This document shows positions 10,774 through 23,060 of a stretch of 64,000 nt of DNA, piece after piece (position 1 is the stretch's first letter; every line of letters begins with the position of its first letter). The notes under the pieces are model-generated. The model made no database searches and was not told the DNA's origin. It was given only the letters and a program-made list of their open reading frames with translations. Both the position numbers and the translations under genes were made by a program. This stretch comes from Epiperipatus broadwayi (Eukaryota; Animalia; Onychophora): assembly GCA_028023455.1 (NCBI GenBank), contig JAQFVV010000003.1, positions 18,166,001 to 18,230,000 on the forward strand, read 5' to 3'.

Positions 10774-13310
10774 CAATTTGTTAAATATTGATTAATAATA
10801 GCTTGCCAGTAAAAAGTCTTTCAGTAGCCCTCTACAGAAAAACTGGAGTGGAAAAAACATTCACAAATCAATAACCTGTTATGAATGTATTTTAGTTTAT
10901 CCTCTAGCTGACAATAACTAGATATTAATTTACCAACTAATAATTAGATTGCTAGCTTTTTGACTTTAGATTACCTACTTAAAAAAAATTAAGTTCACTT
11001 TTCAATAATTTTATTACATATTTTGCAATAAGGTATTTGATATGCATTTAAATAAAATGCAAGAAAAGAAATCATTAAAGTAAAATCCCTTCACTTACCC
11101 ATATATATATAACTCACAATTTAGTTAGTTGAATTCTGATGTTGTTTAGTTCCAGTTATTATTAGAAAATTTCTTTTTTTTTTTTTAAAAAAAAATGAAA
11201 TAAAGTAACTCCAATAGAATATATATATATATCTTTAATTGCATAAGAAATTCAAAATTTTATTTGTATTTGAATACCAGATAAAGGCGTGGTAGACAAA
11301 TGCTTTAATTATTACACCAGAATACCAGAAAATTCGGCAGGGGGGCGAGTCTGATTTTTTAAATTAAATCTATAGTCTGGTTATCGTCTTATTGATTAAA
11401 TCAATTAGAGCTATCAGTCTTATTATTATTGCGTTTTAATCACACTTAAATTATCGTTTTAATCACACTTAAATTATCGCCGTTTTTATAGTTTTGGATT
11501 CCCTTCCATTTGTTTATTATTTATTCAATTAAGATAAATTTTCTAATACTGTATTACTTCAATTAGCTTCTAAGGAAATTGGATATGACATCAAATTCCC
11601 CGATCAATAAACTTATTTATTTGTGACTTCTATCTGTGGGAATTGAAATCTGACTGTAGCACTTGATAGAAATTTACTGAGCTGTAATCATTTGTGAATA
11701 GATGCTTTTTCATTTTCAAGTGATTGAAAAATATAAATTTGTATTTAAAAACATGTATTTGTCTTGAAAGTTATCTTTTGCTCAAACATACACATAGTGA
11801 TATAAATGTGTATGTATGTTCTCTACTAACATACAGGTTGGAATAATTAGAAATAATTATTATAACGTAATGTGATAACATTTGATTAAACATGTGATAG
11901 TCTCCATTGCTTACTACCTACCATCTGATGCTGAAGAATCACATGATCTTTTGACTGATTAACTACTCAATTGTTTTAATAATTCTAATATTTCAAATTT
12001 AGAGCTACATCATAAAATAATAAAACCCTTACATGGATGAAAATATACATTATATATAATGAGGATATATGGAAAAGAATTAGAATTAATAGAAAAAGCA
12101 ATTTAAAAATTAGAAATATTGGAAAGAGAAATAATAATCATGAGCTGAAAAAGAGGATATACTGGCTTGGAAAATTTGAAATGAAATCTTTGCTTCTGAT
12201 CCCAGATTCATGATATTATAGACAAAGTTGAAGATATTAATATGGGAATAGTTGAACAATTGGCTAGCTATACAACAGTCATATATCTTTTACAGTAGAC
12301 TTTCCTTTCACTAGACTTTGAGTACGCATGTTTGTTCCAAATCTTGCAATAGCTGCTGGTGACCTGAAACTGCAAGCAACATGGTTGATAATATCATTGA
12401 TGTGATTATGTTTAGGAAAGTATGGAAAAAGTATGCTAATTTAAATTGATATGTTAATGGGCTCATTCTACAGTGAATAACATTCTTGTTTAAGATTCAT
12501 GGTCAGATTTTGAATCCATATGAATTTCAAATTTTTAAAGGATAATTTAGATTTAATTGAGATAGCTTTTCATAAACAATTCACTTAGATACCCAGTTAT
12601 TGACTGACAAATGGTTTTATAGTTTGTTTGTTTTTACTAAAGAATAAGTCAAAGAGTATAAATACCCTCAACAAATGGTACATTTGATCTTGGCTATATC
12701 TTTTTATTCTCTGCTGCTGTGTAATGAGATGATCTTTAAGTCTGTTTAACTTTTTAATCTTTATCTGTCTTGTCCACCTATCTATTCATTTGCCTATTTC
12801 AAATTCATTCACCTATTAGTAAAAGCACACAGGTTAGTATACAAACACAATGTGTTTCAAGTTGTATTATTATTTTTAAAGTTTTGCCAATCTTTCCAAG
12901 TGATGATACTAGCATGGGAACTAAACCAGAGATTTTTAGATTCATGAATATTGAATTTAAAATGTTCTAGCCAATTAGGCTAATCTGCCAACAGCAATAG
13001 TCATTAGAAATTTTATATACTTATCTATCAGGGTCCTCCTGATTTCTTCATCTTTTTTTAAGAGCAAGGTTAATGAATGATGAATTATTAAACCTGATTG
13101 ATTTATGGGATTATTTGCCATTGTCATGTGATCATTTTCTCTCTCTGCACAATATTAACATCTGTTGATTATTAAAGCTCACACAAGATAGCACTATTGT
13201 GTGAAAAAAATTTGCTATTGTTTTAACAGTTTGTGTGAGCATAAAGAAAAAGTAATTATGTGATGATTAACAATTAAGATGATGAAATAATCCAACAATT
13301 TAATTACATA

Positions 13311-13915
13311 TTAAAACAGTACCAATCTCACCATACAGTAGTGCCACCAAATGCAAACCTTAATTATTAATAGATGCAAAAAGGTTTTGTGCATAAAATC
13401 TCTATTTAGTGCTTATTTATCCAATATCCCCAGACTAGTTTTTAGCTTGTTGTTTTCATCAGTGAAGAACCTTGGATCTGAAAATACTGCACCTAAATTT
13501 TAAGATCTAATGCAACTCTCCAGCAGCCACCTTTTAATTATTTAGTTAACTATAAAGCTATGAGCTCATGTTGAAAACACAATAATGTTTTCAATCCAAG
13601 CTCATTTGCTTGTATAGTCATGCTTGGATTGAAAACATTGTGTCTTCATCTTGGGCTCATAGGTTTATAGTTAACTAAATAAGTAAAAGATGGCTGCTGG
13701 AGGGTTGTATTCTCAAATCCAAGGCTTCTCACTGATAAGCTAGCAACTAAGTCTGGGAATTTTGGATGAATAGATGCTAGATAGGGATTTTATGCACAAA
13801 CCTTCTTGCATTTGTTGATTACTAAATTTTTCACTGGGTAACATTACTATATGGAGAGTTTGCTATTGTTTTAACAGCTTGTCTAAGCATAGGAAATGAT
13901 GATCATGTGATATTT
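13311..13915. mobile_element. Foldback of hammerhead-bearing family C with 3' tail
   Basis: Arms 13311-13601 and 13622-13873; the right arm continues into a tail ending gatcatgtga. Minus-strand core at 13428-13466: ttca-CTGATGA-...-AAAA-ctag-TC-tgggg (G12 lost). The plus-strand core is heavily decayed. Confidence 0.75.
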
Positions 13916-14034
13916 CAATAGTTTTATACCAATCCTGCTTATAGGATTATGGTGACTGTGGTTTTTTAAAAAATTAGACACCAAAATGTATAGATACTAA
14001 ACTGGGTTCAGATTTACATGATTATATAAGTGAA

Positions 14035-14310
14035 TGAGCTTGGATTAAAAACATTATTGTGTTTTCATATTGGGCTCATAGCATTATAATTAACTAAATA
14101 GGTAAAATGTGGCTCCTAGAGAATTGCATTAGATCCTAAGGTCTAGGTGCACTGCTCTCATATCCCTAGCTTTTCACTAATGAAAGACACAAATTAGAAA
14201 CTAGTCTGGAGATATTGTATGAGTAGGCACTGGATAGAGATTTTATGCACAAACCTTTTCCCATCCATTGATTACTAAAGCTTGCACTGGTTGGCACTAC
14301 TCTATAGTAT
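14035..14310 (+). mobile_element. Further family C copy; its tail appears displaced to ~19335-19375
   Basis: Colinear with the reverse complement of 13320-13600. Core CTAATGA(14177-14183)...GAAA-ctag-TC-tggag. Confidence 0.7.
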
Positions 14311-14339
14311 TAGCTTAATTTTAACTGCCTCACTGTGCT

Positions 14340-17300
14340 GATGTGGCTGATTTGTTCCACAAGATAAGTTAAAGTTCATATATATTTTTTAATATCATCT
14401 CGAAAAATTTCAATGTTACAATTTTTTTTAGCTTATTGCATGGAGGTGAAAAGAAAATTGGGGGGAAGAAAGAGAGATTTTATTGGATTTGGAAAGATCA
14501 TGAATAATATTGATAACATTTGAAAAGTGTTTTATTACATCATTTTAAATATAAATGGGAAAAAATATTTGTGTGTGTTACTGCAAGGAGGCTTTAAAAC
14601 TAAGTTATATGTAAGATTAGTTGGTTTTTAGTAGATTTGCTACTAAAGAGTTGTTTAATTTAAAAAAGAGAGTGAGATGATAACTTTTTGAGGCATAAGA
14701 TTAGGAAAGGTGTTCATCAATCACCATTGAAAGAGAGAAAAGTTTTTATCTTTTTGTATAAAGGGGTTTGAAGAGTAATAGAGAAAGCATAAAGTTAAAT
14801 ATAGAATAGTGGATTTGAAAAATAAGGAATATGGATTGCATTTGTATCTCACAATGTATATATAATGGTGCAAAAAAATTAGGTGGGCTATGGTATAGAG
14901 TATACCATATGTGATAAGGATTATCATTTGAAATACTTCAATAAGACTAAAAAGGATGTAACAGGTGTATGGTTATGAGACTGTGTAAATGTAATAAAAG
15001 AGATGAAAAAATGGTTTCTAAGTGTAGATAGTTTAAAGGGAAAGTTAGGAGAAATGGAGCAAAATGTAATTGAGGAAGATAGAATAGAGTATGTTTTTAA
15101 TGGAGTGACAAGAGATATGGATGACAAAATAAGTAGTGCAATGGAGATGGTTAGCCAAAGAATAATTAAAATAGAAGAAAAGATAAATGATGTAGAAACA
15201 AAATTTAAATCATTGGAGGTGAAGGTGTGAGCGAATTAATGAAGAAGTAGATAAGAAAGTCCAGAAGGTGGAAGAGAATGTTATGGATGAAGTAGGGAAA
15301 TTAAACTATGAGAGTAGTGATAGGAATTCGCTAATTAGAGGATGTGATGTAATTGTAAGGGAAAATAGAAACAGTTATGTAAGAATATGTTTGCCTGGAG
15401 CTAGAATTAGGGATGTTACAGATAATGTAAAGAAACAAGGAGTAGAGATATGTATGTTATGGTAGCGACAAATAATTTGTCAGAGACATTGGAGAGAATA
15501 ATGGATGAGTACTCAGTATTGATTAATAATTTGAGTAAGACTAAAGGAAGATAGGAATTATTGGATTATTACCAAGATTCGACAATAGGTTTATGTTAGA
15601 TAGGGCATGTTCTACAAATGAGAGATTGGAAAAATTATGTGAGAAAAATGATGTTATGTGTGGGATATTTTATTAGTAAGAGGGAGTTATATAGTAAAGA
15701 TGGACTGCACTTAGCAAAACAAAGAAGTGAAGTATTATGGAATTTGATTTATAAAGAATATTATAGTTTGGGAAATTTATAAAGGGGATAGGGTTTTAAA
15801 TTGCAGTATTATCAAAAAGAAGAAGAATGGACAGGATGTAAGAAACAAAGGATAGCTGATTTTGATATAGATGTGGAGAGGGAATGAGTCTATAAAATTA
15901 ATGGTAAGCAAGTTACTTACAAATGTTATGGAGAAGAAAAAGTCAAAAGAATTTATAAAAGAGTAGTTAGGAAAGAAGAAATTGTTAAAATTGAATATTT
16001 GAATATGCAAGGTGGGAGGAAACCAGAAAAGTGGCTGTAATTAAACAAAGCAATAAAAATGAAGAGCTTGAGGTATTAGCAGTTGTGGAAACACATCTAA
16101 GAGAAGAACCTATACTGGAAGACTTGTTATAGCAGGGTATAAATAGAAAAGAAAAAGAAACATGTGGTGGTATAGGAGTTATGTTAAAAAAATATTTAAA
16201 TACTGTTAAGTGTCAAGAACATTTATAGTTTGAGATAAGATTAGGAAAACTAGAATGGATGGTGGTTATAGTGTATATAGCCACTGGAGATAGTAAAACT
16301 ATAATGGAGTGGAACAATAGCATATATGAATGCCTAGTTAAGGATATACAGAGCTTCAATAAAAGAGGGGAAGAAAATCATGGTTATAGGGGATATGAAT
16401 GGGCATATTGAAGAAATTGATGATGTAGATAATAAGAATGGAAGAATTTTTATCAGAGAGTGAATTTTAGCATTGGAAATTTATCAAATATTTATGAGGG
16501 ACTATACATATGGTCTAGAAATAATAAATTTCACACAATAGATTATGTATTAATAGAGAAAGAGGGAATGAATAAAGTACAGAAAGTTAAAGTATTTGAT
16601 AATGAAGAGAGTATATAATAGTGATCATAATTTCATTATAATAGAAATGATTACTAATGTGATGAAAAATTGCAATAAAAGTAGAAAAGATAGTGAAAGA
16701 TGTGAATGGAGAATGAATGATGAAAATAAGTTAGATGAATATAAAATAAAAGTAGAAAAAATCATGGACAAATTTATTGGGGGTGAGTATAAGCAGCGGT
16801 GTAGTGAAGTAATAAAAGTGTCAAATAGGGTTTTAGGTGAGAATATTCAGAAGAATAAAAGTAATAGAAAAGTGAGGGTTAGTAAAAATGTAAAAGAGAG
16901 GTGAAAAGCATGCAGAGAATATAAGTATGCTATTAAAAACAAAGAAAGTGAAAAATATGTTAATGTTAAATGGGAAAAGTATTTTTTTTTTTTTTTTTAA
17001 AAAATAAGTTGGTTAAAATAGTTAATTATATAGAAAGAATGAAATTAAATAATAAATTGTTGGGGAATATTAATAAAAGTAGAAGGGATGGGAATAAAAA
17101 ATTTTGGAAATATATTAAAAGATGCAATGTAGGGGAGAGAGAAATAATATTGCTAGACGATGAAGGAATAGAGTGTAGCTCTAGAGAAGAATTAGAGACA
17201 ATCTTAAATAAATATTAAATACATAATGGATATAGAAAAGATGTTAGGTGTAAAGGATAGTGATAATAAACATGAAAGCATGTAGCAATGGAAATATTAG

Positions 17301-19316
17301 GTTTATAGAAAATGAATGAAGCAAGGAATAAATTGAAAAGCAGAAAGGCAAAGGTTAGATGAATAGACAGCAGAGATAATGACGAATTTAGGAAATAGTG
17401 CAAAATTAAACCTATTATGTTTTAATAAGATGGCATAGAAGAGAGAATTTCCAGATAGCTGGAATAATACAAGAGTAAGGTTACTATTTAAAGGAAAGGG
17501 TAAGAGTTGTAGAAAGCTAAACAATTTTTAGACTGATAGCGGTAATGTCAGTGTTATATAATTTTTTCACATATATGGTGGCTGAAGGTTTGCAAAATGG
17601 ATAGAAGAAAATAATATAATGGGAGAAATGCAAGGAGGTTTTTAATTGGATAGAAATAGGAAATAGTTTATTTGTGGTTACACAACTTATAGATATGATT
17701 AGGTATACAAGTAAAACATATGGTTTTTATAGATATAGAGATGGCATATGATAGAGTAGATAGATATAGATTATGGATAAGTTTAGTAAATTTGGAAGTC
17801 AATGGAGCAATAATGGATTTTATTAAGAGAATGGAAATAATTACTATACATATCAATTAAGAAATATAGAATCAATTAAAGTTAAAAATGGGGTGGGATT
17901 AAGGTAAGAATGTCCTATGTCACCTATTTTGAGAAAAATTAAGAGAGCAATAGAAAGACTAGGAAGATGGATAGAGATGCCATTAATAGGTGACAAAGGA
18001 ATATATACATTATTGGGTCTTTTATTTGCAGATGATATCTTCTTGCACATAGAAAATAAGGAAGATGTAAAAATTATGCTGAAGACGTGGATGGGAAAAA
18101 AGATAGGGATTAAATTTAGTGATGAAAAATCAAAAGTAATGATGATAAATACTGGGGAAAGAGAAGAGAAATAATTTTTATTGGGGTATAAACTTAAGTG
18201 TGGTGAATAGATATAACTATTTGGGAATTGTCTTAAGTAATCAGAGAAATTGCTTGGATGAATGGGAGAAAAAATTGATAAATGAAGCAAAGAAAAGAAA
18301 GGGACTGATAAAAAAAATTAACAATGTTTTCATATAATAAATATAGAATTGTATGAATGAGAGTGGCAGGTTTAACTTATGGTAACAATGTGTTATGTTA
18401 GGAAAGGGATGTTATATTACTTAGAAAAACTGCAAAGAGAAATAGGAAAATATGCATTAGATGCAGATGTGTGGATGGCAATGGAGGCAATTTAAGGTGA
18501 AATGGGATGTTCAAGTTTTTATATGAGAGAAGCAAAATGAAAATGTTTGGTAGATTACAATTTATAGACAATAAGAGAATAGCCAAAATAGTATTTAATT
18601 TGGTTATGAGTAAAGACAGACAACAAGATGGGTGAGAAAGTAATACAGTATTTAGAAAATTTAGATAAAGAATTTATGTCAGTATATTTATACAAAAGTT
18701 AGGATGATTGTGTTAGGTAAATTGTTGAGGATTATAATGGCAAGTAATGGGATAGAAGAATAAATGCATTAATAAAAAAAATAGTGAGTTGGAGATTTGG
18801 AGATCTAGTATGGAGAGTAAAAGGAGTTTAAATATACATAGAAGTAAACAGAATATTGGGCACGAGTTAATTTATGTGAATAGCAAGTTTAGTGTTTAAG
18901 GGTCGAACAGGATCTTTAGCAACAAGAGAATTTACACATAAATGGAAAAATATGGGTGATTTAGTCTGCAAGTTATGTAAGGAATGCATAGAAAATATTA
19001 GGCATCTGTTAATTGGATGTAAATGCCTCAAGCAGAAAGGTTACGAATAATGAAGTTGTGGGAGAATAAATATAAACAAAGTCATTATACAGAAAGTGAG
19101 TTCTTAATCTTTATACTGGGTTTGGAAAAAGATAAGGGAAATCTAGATATAAAAACCATGGAGCTGACAAAGATTATGTTGTGGAAATTGGATGGAGTAG
19201 GACAGAGAAGAATATGAGAAATACTTAGGGTGGGAAATGAAAAGGGAAGGAAAGGTGGCTAATCAGTTTCTCTGGGCATATTGGCTGAGAGATTCTTGAC
19301 TGCCAAAAAGAAAAAG
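14340..19316 (+). mobile_element. Near full-length degraded LINE with SGNH-esterase ORF1 and APE-RT-CCHC ORF2 (RTEX or CR1/L2 group)
   Basis: ORF1: coiled-coil, then SLIRGCD..VRICLPGARIRDV..VATNN..DGLHL. ORF2: YLNMQG, VETHL, GDMNGH, TIDYV, SDHN, FPDSWN, QGGF, FIDIEMAYDRVD, LLFADDI, YNYLGI, and C-terminal CKLCKECIENIRHLLIGC. Ends in (AAAAAG)2. Confidence 0.85.
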
Positions 19317-19642
19317 CCATGGTGCATCACATCACAACAGCTTTATCAGCATAGAAAATGATGATCATATTATAATTACATATTAATAGATCTGTTCTAT
19401 TTAATTCATAATTTTTATTTTTTCCTTTTAACATATTTAATAAAATTGATGCCTGTGTAACTTAGTGCAGTGAATCAATTCTCACATGGATAAAATAAAA
19501 ATTCTTGGTCTTTTGACTGAATTTATTATGTTGAACCTGCTATTTGGTTGTTCTAATATCACCTGACTTCTTGAATAACTCAACTATCTATATAAATTAT
19601 TTTCTAGGCTTGATAGAATTTGTAGAAAGTTTGAGATGAACT

Positions 19643-19696
19643 TTACTGCGATTAAAAGAAAAGATGTAATTACTGCGATTAAAAGAAAAGATGTAA
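19643..19696 (+). repeat. Perfect 27-bp tandem duplication
   Basis: ttactgcgattaaaagaaaagatgtaa twice. Confidence 0.9.
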
Positions 19697-21342
19697 TGGA
19701 TTGAAAGTCAAAAGAAAGTTATACAGCTAAGTGTACTTTCTAATAATAAAATGTCTTACTGATTGTTGTGATTACTCAAATAGTTAAGAACTAATCATCA
19801 TCAGTTTAAATTCTGCAACTGTATTAAAAAAGTCATTGCTTTAAATATTTCAATTGTATAAAAATCATTGTTTATTTAGATGTTTGGACATAGTCACCAT
19901 TAGAACGTATTAAAAGAACAAAATGAAATGTAAACAATTTAATTTTAAAAAGTTTTAAATATGTTTTTTAATTTAACGTTATATTGAGCAACAGTATGGA
20001 TTGGGGGAGGGGGCGGAGATAAGTATTTGAGTATATTTAAAGAATAATGAAAACAATAAATTGTTGATACAAGTGATAGTAAGTGTAAAAAGAATTATTT
20101 TTTTAAGAATTGAACTGGATATATATTTAGAATCTTGAGAAATAATATTCAATAAAAAGGAAAGATGTTATATCCTTAGGAGAGGAATAGCTGTGAATGT
20201 TTAAAGAGAAAGGAATTGGAAGGCTTGCAGATAATGTCTTTTAGCAGTAGTTAATTATAGGCTGATGAACTGCATTTCCCATTATGATAGTCATGTGATT
20301 TGTGTCTTGATTCATTTAACCAGTTTTTTTTTTTTTTTGTCTAAGAAATCAAATAAGTTATTGATACTTGTTATTCTGGAGTTTGATTTATTTTATTTCA
20401 TTTGCATTATTCCTTCTGGAAAGGCTATTTTCCTCTAAGAAATATATATATATAGGTGAAAAGTTTTTGGTAGAGTTTTTGCGGACTTTTGTATTGTAAA
20501 ATCAATGTGCACCAAATATACTGGTAATTGATGGAGTCCTTTAGAATTCAGTGTTGTACATTTTATTGTTAGATTAAAATTCAGAAATTGGCAATTGCAT
20601 AGAATTTAATATTTTATTTTGCAATGAAGTTTTTAGAGGGCAATATTTTGATTCATATAAGTAGTAAGTACAAGTTTAACACACAAATTTTAATATGGAA
20701 TATAATTGCATCAATTTTCCTTGTTTAGATTTAGCACGGTGTTAAAGTGGTTAAGACAACTTAATAATTTCTGGGCAGATTCTCATTTGAGTAAAGTAAA
20801 AAAAAATGTATTGGGTCATATATTTCAACCATTACTGCTGTACTTACGAATATTATGTTCATATTACATGTATTCAGAAAGATTATATATATATATTAAA
20901 CATTGATTTCTCACATTCAACAAAAACAATGTTGATTTAAGATTATAGTATGGTGCATGTGGGAAGAATTGATTATCTTCTGTTTAGAATTGCACTTTGA
21001 AACTGCGCTATTAAATCTTTTAGCCAATTACATTAATTATGACATCTCTAAATATTAACACACAGTAAATATTAAAATTTCATGAGTGTTATTATGTGTA
21101 ATACAGAAAATGATAGTAAAGTGAAGAATATAAAATCTTAACACTCTTGTTCCAAGATACTTAAGATTGGCCTATATAATTGAATTTAGGTATAAAGATA
21201 AAATGGCCACTTTTATCTTTTCAAAGTCTATTTTATGCATCGGATCAAGAGTTTCCTCACATTCAACAAAAACATTGATTTAATATAATAGTACAGCACA
21301 TGCGTGAATGGTTGATTACCTTCTGTTAGAATTAAATTGGAA

Positions 21343-21446
21343 ACTGTGTTAATGTCAATTACATTATTTAAGATAATTAAATTTATATTGTATTACTGTG
21401 TTAATGTCAATTACATTATTTAAGATAATTAAATTTATATTGTATT
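21343..21446 (+). repeat. Perfect 52-bp tandem duplication
   Basis: actgtgttaatgtcaattacattatttaagataattaaatttatattgtatt twice. Confidence 0.9.
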
Positions 21447-22547
21447 GCCATATTTATATATTATTACTAGTAAAATTTTAATTACACAATTTACCATCAG
21501 TATTATATTGGCAATCTTTAGGTAAACACGTCTACTGACATATTATAGAGTAGATAATTATATATCCATGTTTGGTGGACTAAACTACTATGCTAATAAA
21601 GATTGCTTTTTTTTTTTCTTCAAGCCTTTCTCACTTTTGATTTTATTCTCCAAACTATTTCTAATTTCTAAGTATAGACATTGATTATATCCTGTAGAGT
21701 ACATTTGGTAGTAATAATGGAGTCATCAAAAATGATGATGGATGGTAATTGAGTTCAATAAGATTGTGTGATTACGTGCTAATTCAAGAAGTTTATTCAT
21801 GAGAATATATGATGCTATAGTTTTATTTTTTCTAAATCAGTATAGAATGAGTATTTAAGACATTCTATTAGTGTTCTAATATATATGATTTGGAAACATA
21901 CTGATGCCACTTTTTGATAAACTCAGTGTTATCTTCTATTACAATTCCAAATTTTCTGTTTTATTTGTTCAAATGTTAGATCCTGCAAGTAGCTTGACTA
22001 CTATTGGATGAATTCTGACACTGCTATGCAGCACATCTTTCTCAGATATCCATTTGCATATTTTTATTTTTTGTTGTATATGTTTTAGTTGGAAATAGAA
22101 TCAGTGAATTATTTTATCTATCCACCAATCACTCATCTTGAATTTATCTTATCCATTTTTCCTCAATCTTTTCCCTTCACATTAATCATAGCTTTAAAAT
22201 CAAAAGTCAGCCATGTTCAAACTATGATGTTTTTTATGTCTTTGTCTGGTGATGAAAGTTGGACATTAAAAAAGAATAAAAAGAATATTGAACAGTAAGA
22301 ATTCTATGGATAGCAAGAAAAATTATCAAGCAGATGTTTGATTCCATTAGATTTGAACTCTCAATTGAAACACATATGTCCAGTATAAAATTGTCCTATT
22401 TTGCTCATAATGACTTTATTTTAAAAATGCATAATTTTTGGAAACATGGTCATAAAAAGAGACAATAATCAGTAATGAAGTGGATGGAATCCATCATTAC
22501 AATACTGAATTTGCCTTTGAGTGACTTGAAAAACCAATAGTTTATAG

Positions 22548-23060
22548 CAGTGGTCTTCAACCTTTTCACACCTGCGGACTGGTAAAAATAAGGATAAGGT
22601 TTCGCAGCCCGGCAAAAATAAGAATAAGGTTTTTCAGACAGCAGAAGTCTATAGATAAATTTTCTTAAAGATGTAAACTGCTTAGCTTTAGATGAGCATA
22701 ATTGTTATAACTAATCAAAACAACGTTAAATATTCAAGATGAAATTATATGTATATATATGGAGTTTCTATAATAAAAAACTTTTTTTTAATTTTGAATT
22801 TTTTTTAGAAAAGTAATAAAAAATTTAATTCTACCCCCCCCCCCATAAACATCAGTGATAACTAAAAAAACAAATTAATTTATGTATGATTGATTAGATT
22901 TTGTTTTCGTTCTGTTTCTTTTTTTTTAATTGGGTAAAATTGAGATGAAAAAATAACTAAAAATTGTTTATATTAATTAAAAGTTTAAACTGTTATTATT
23001 TTATTACAAACTTTTCTGCAGCCCGGCACCGGTCCGTGGACTAAGGGTTGAAGATCACTG
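22548..23060. mobile_element. hAT (Charlie/Buster-type) MITE
   Basis: TIRs cagtggtcttcaacc / ggttgaagatcactg (14/15). Perfect 8-bp TSD GTTTATAG at 22540-22547 and 23061-23068. Confidence 0.9.
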
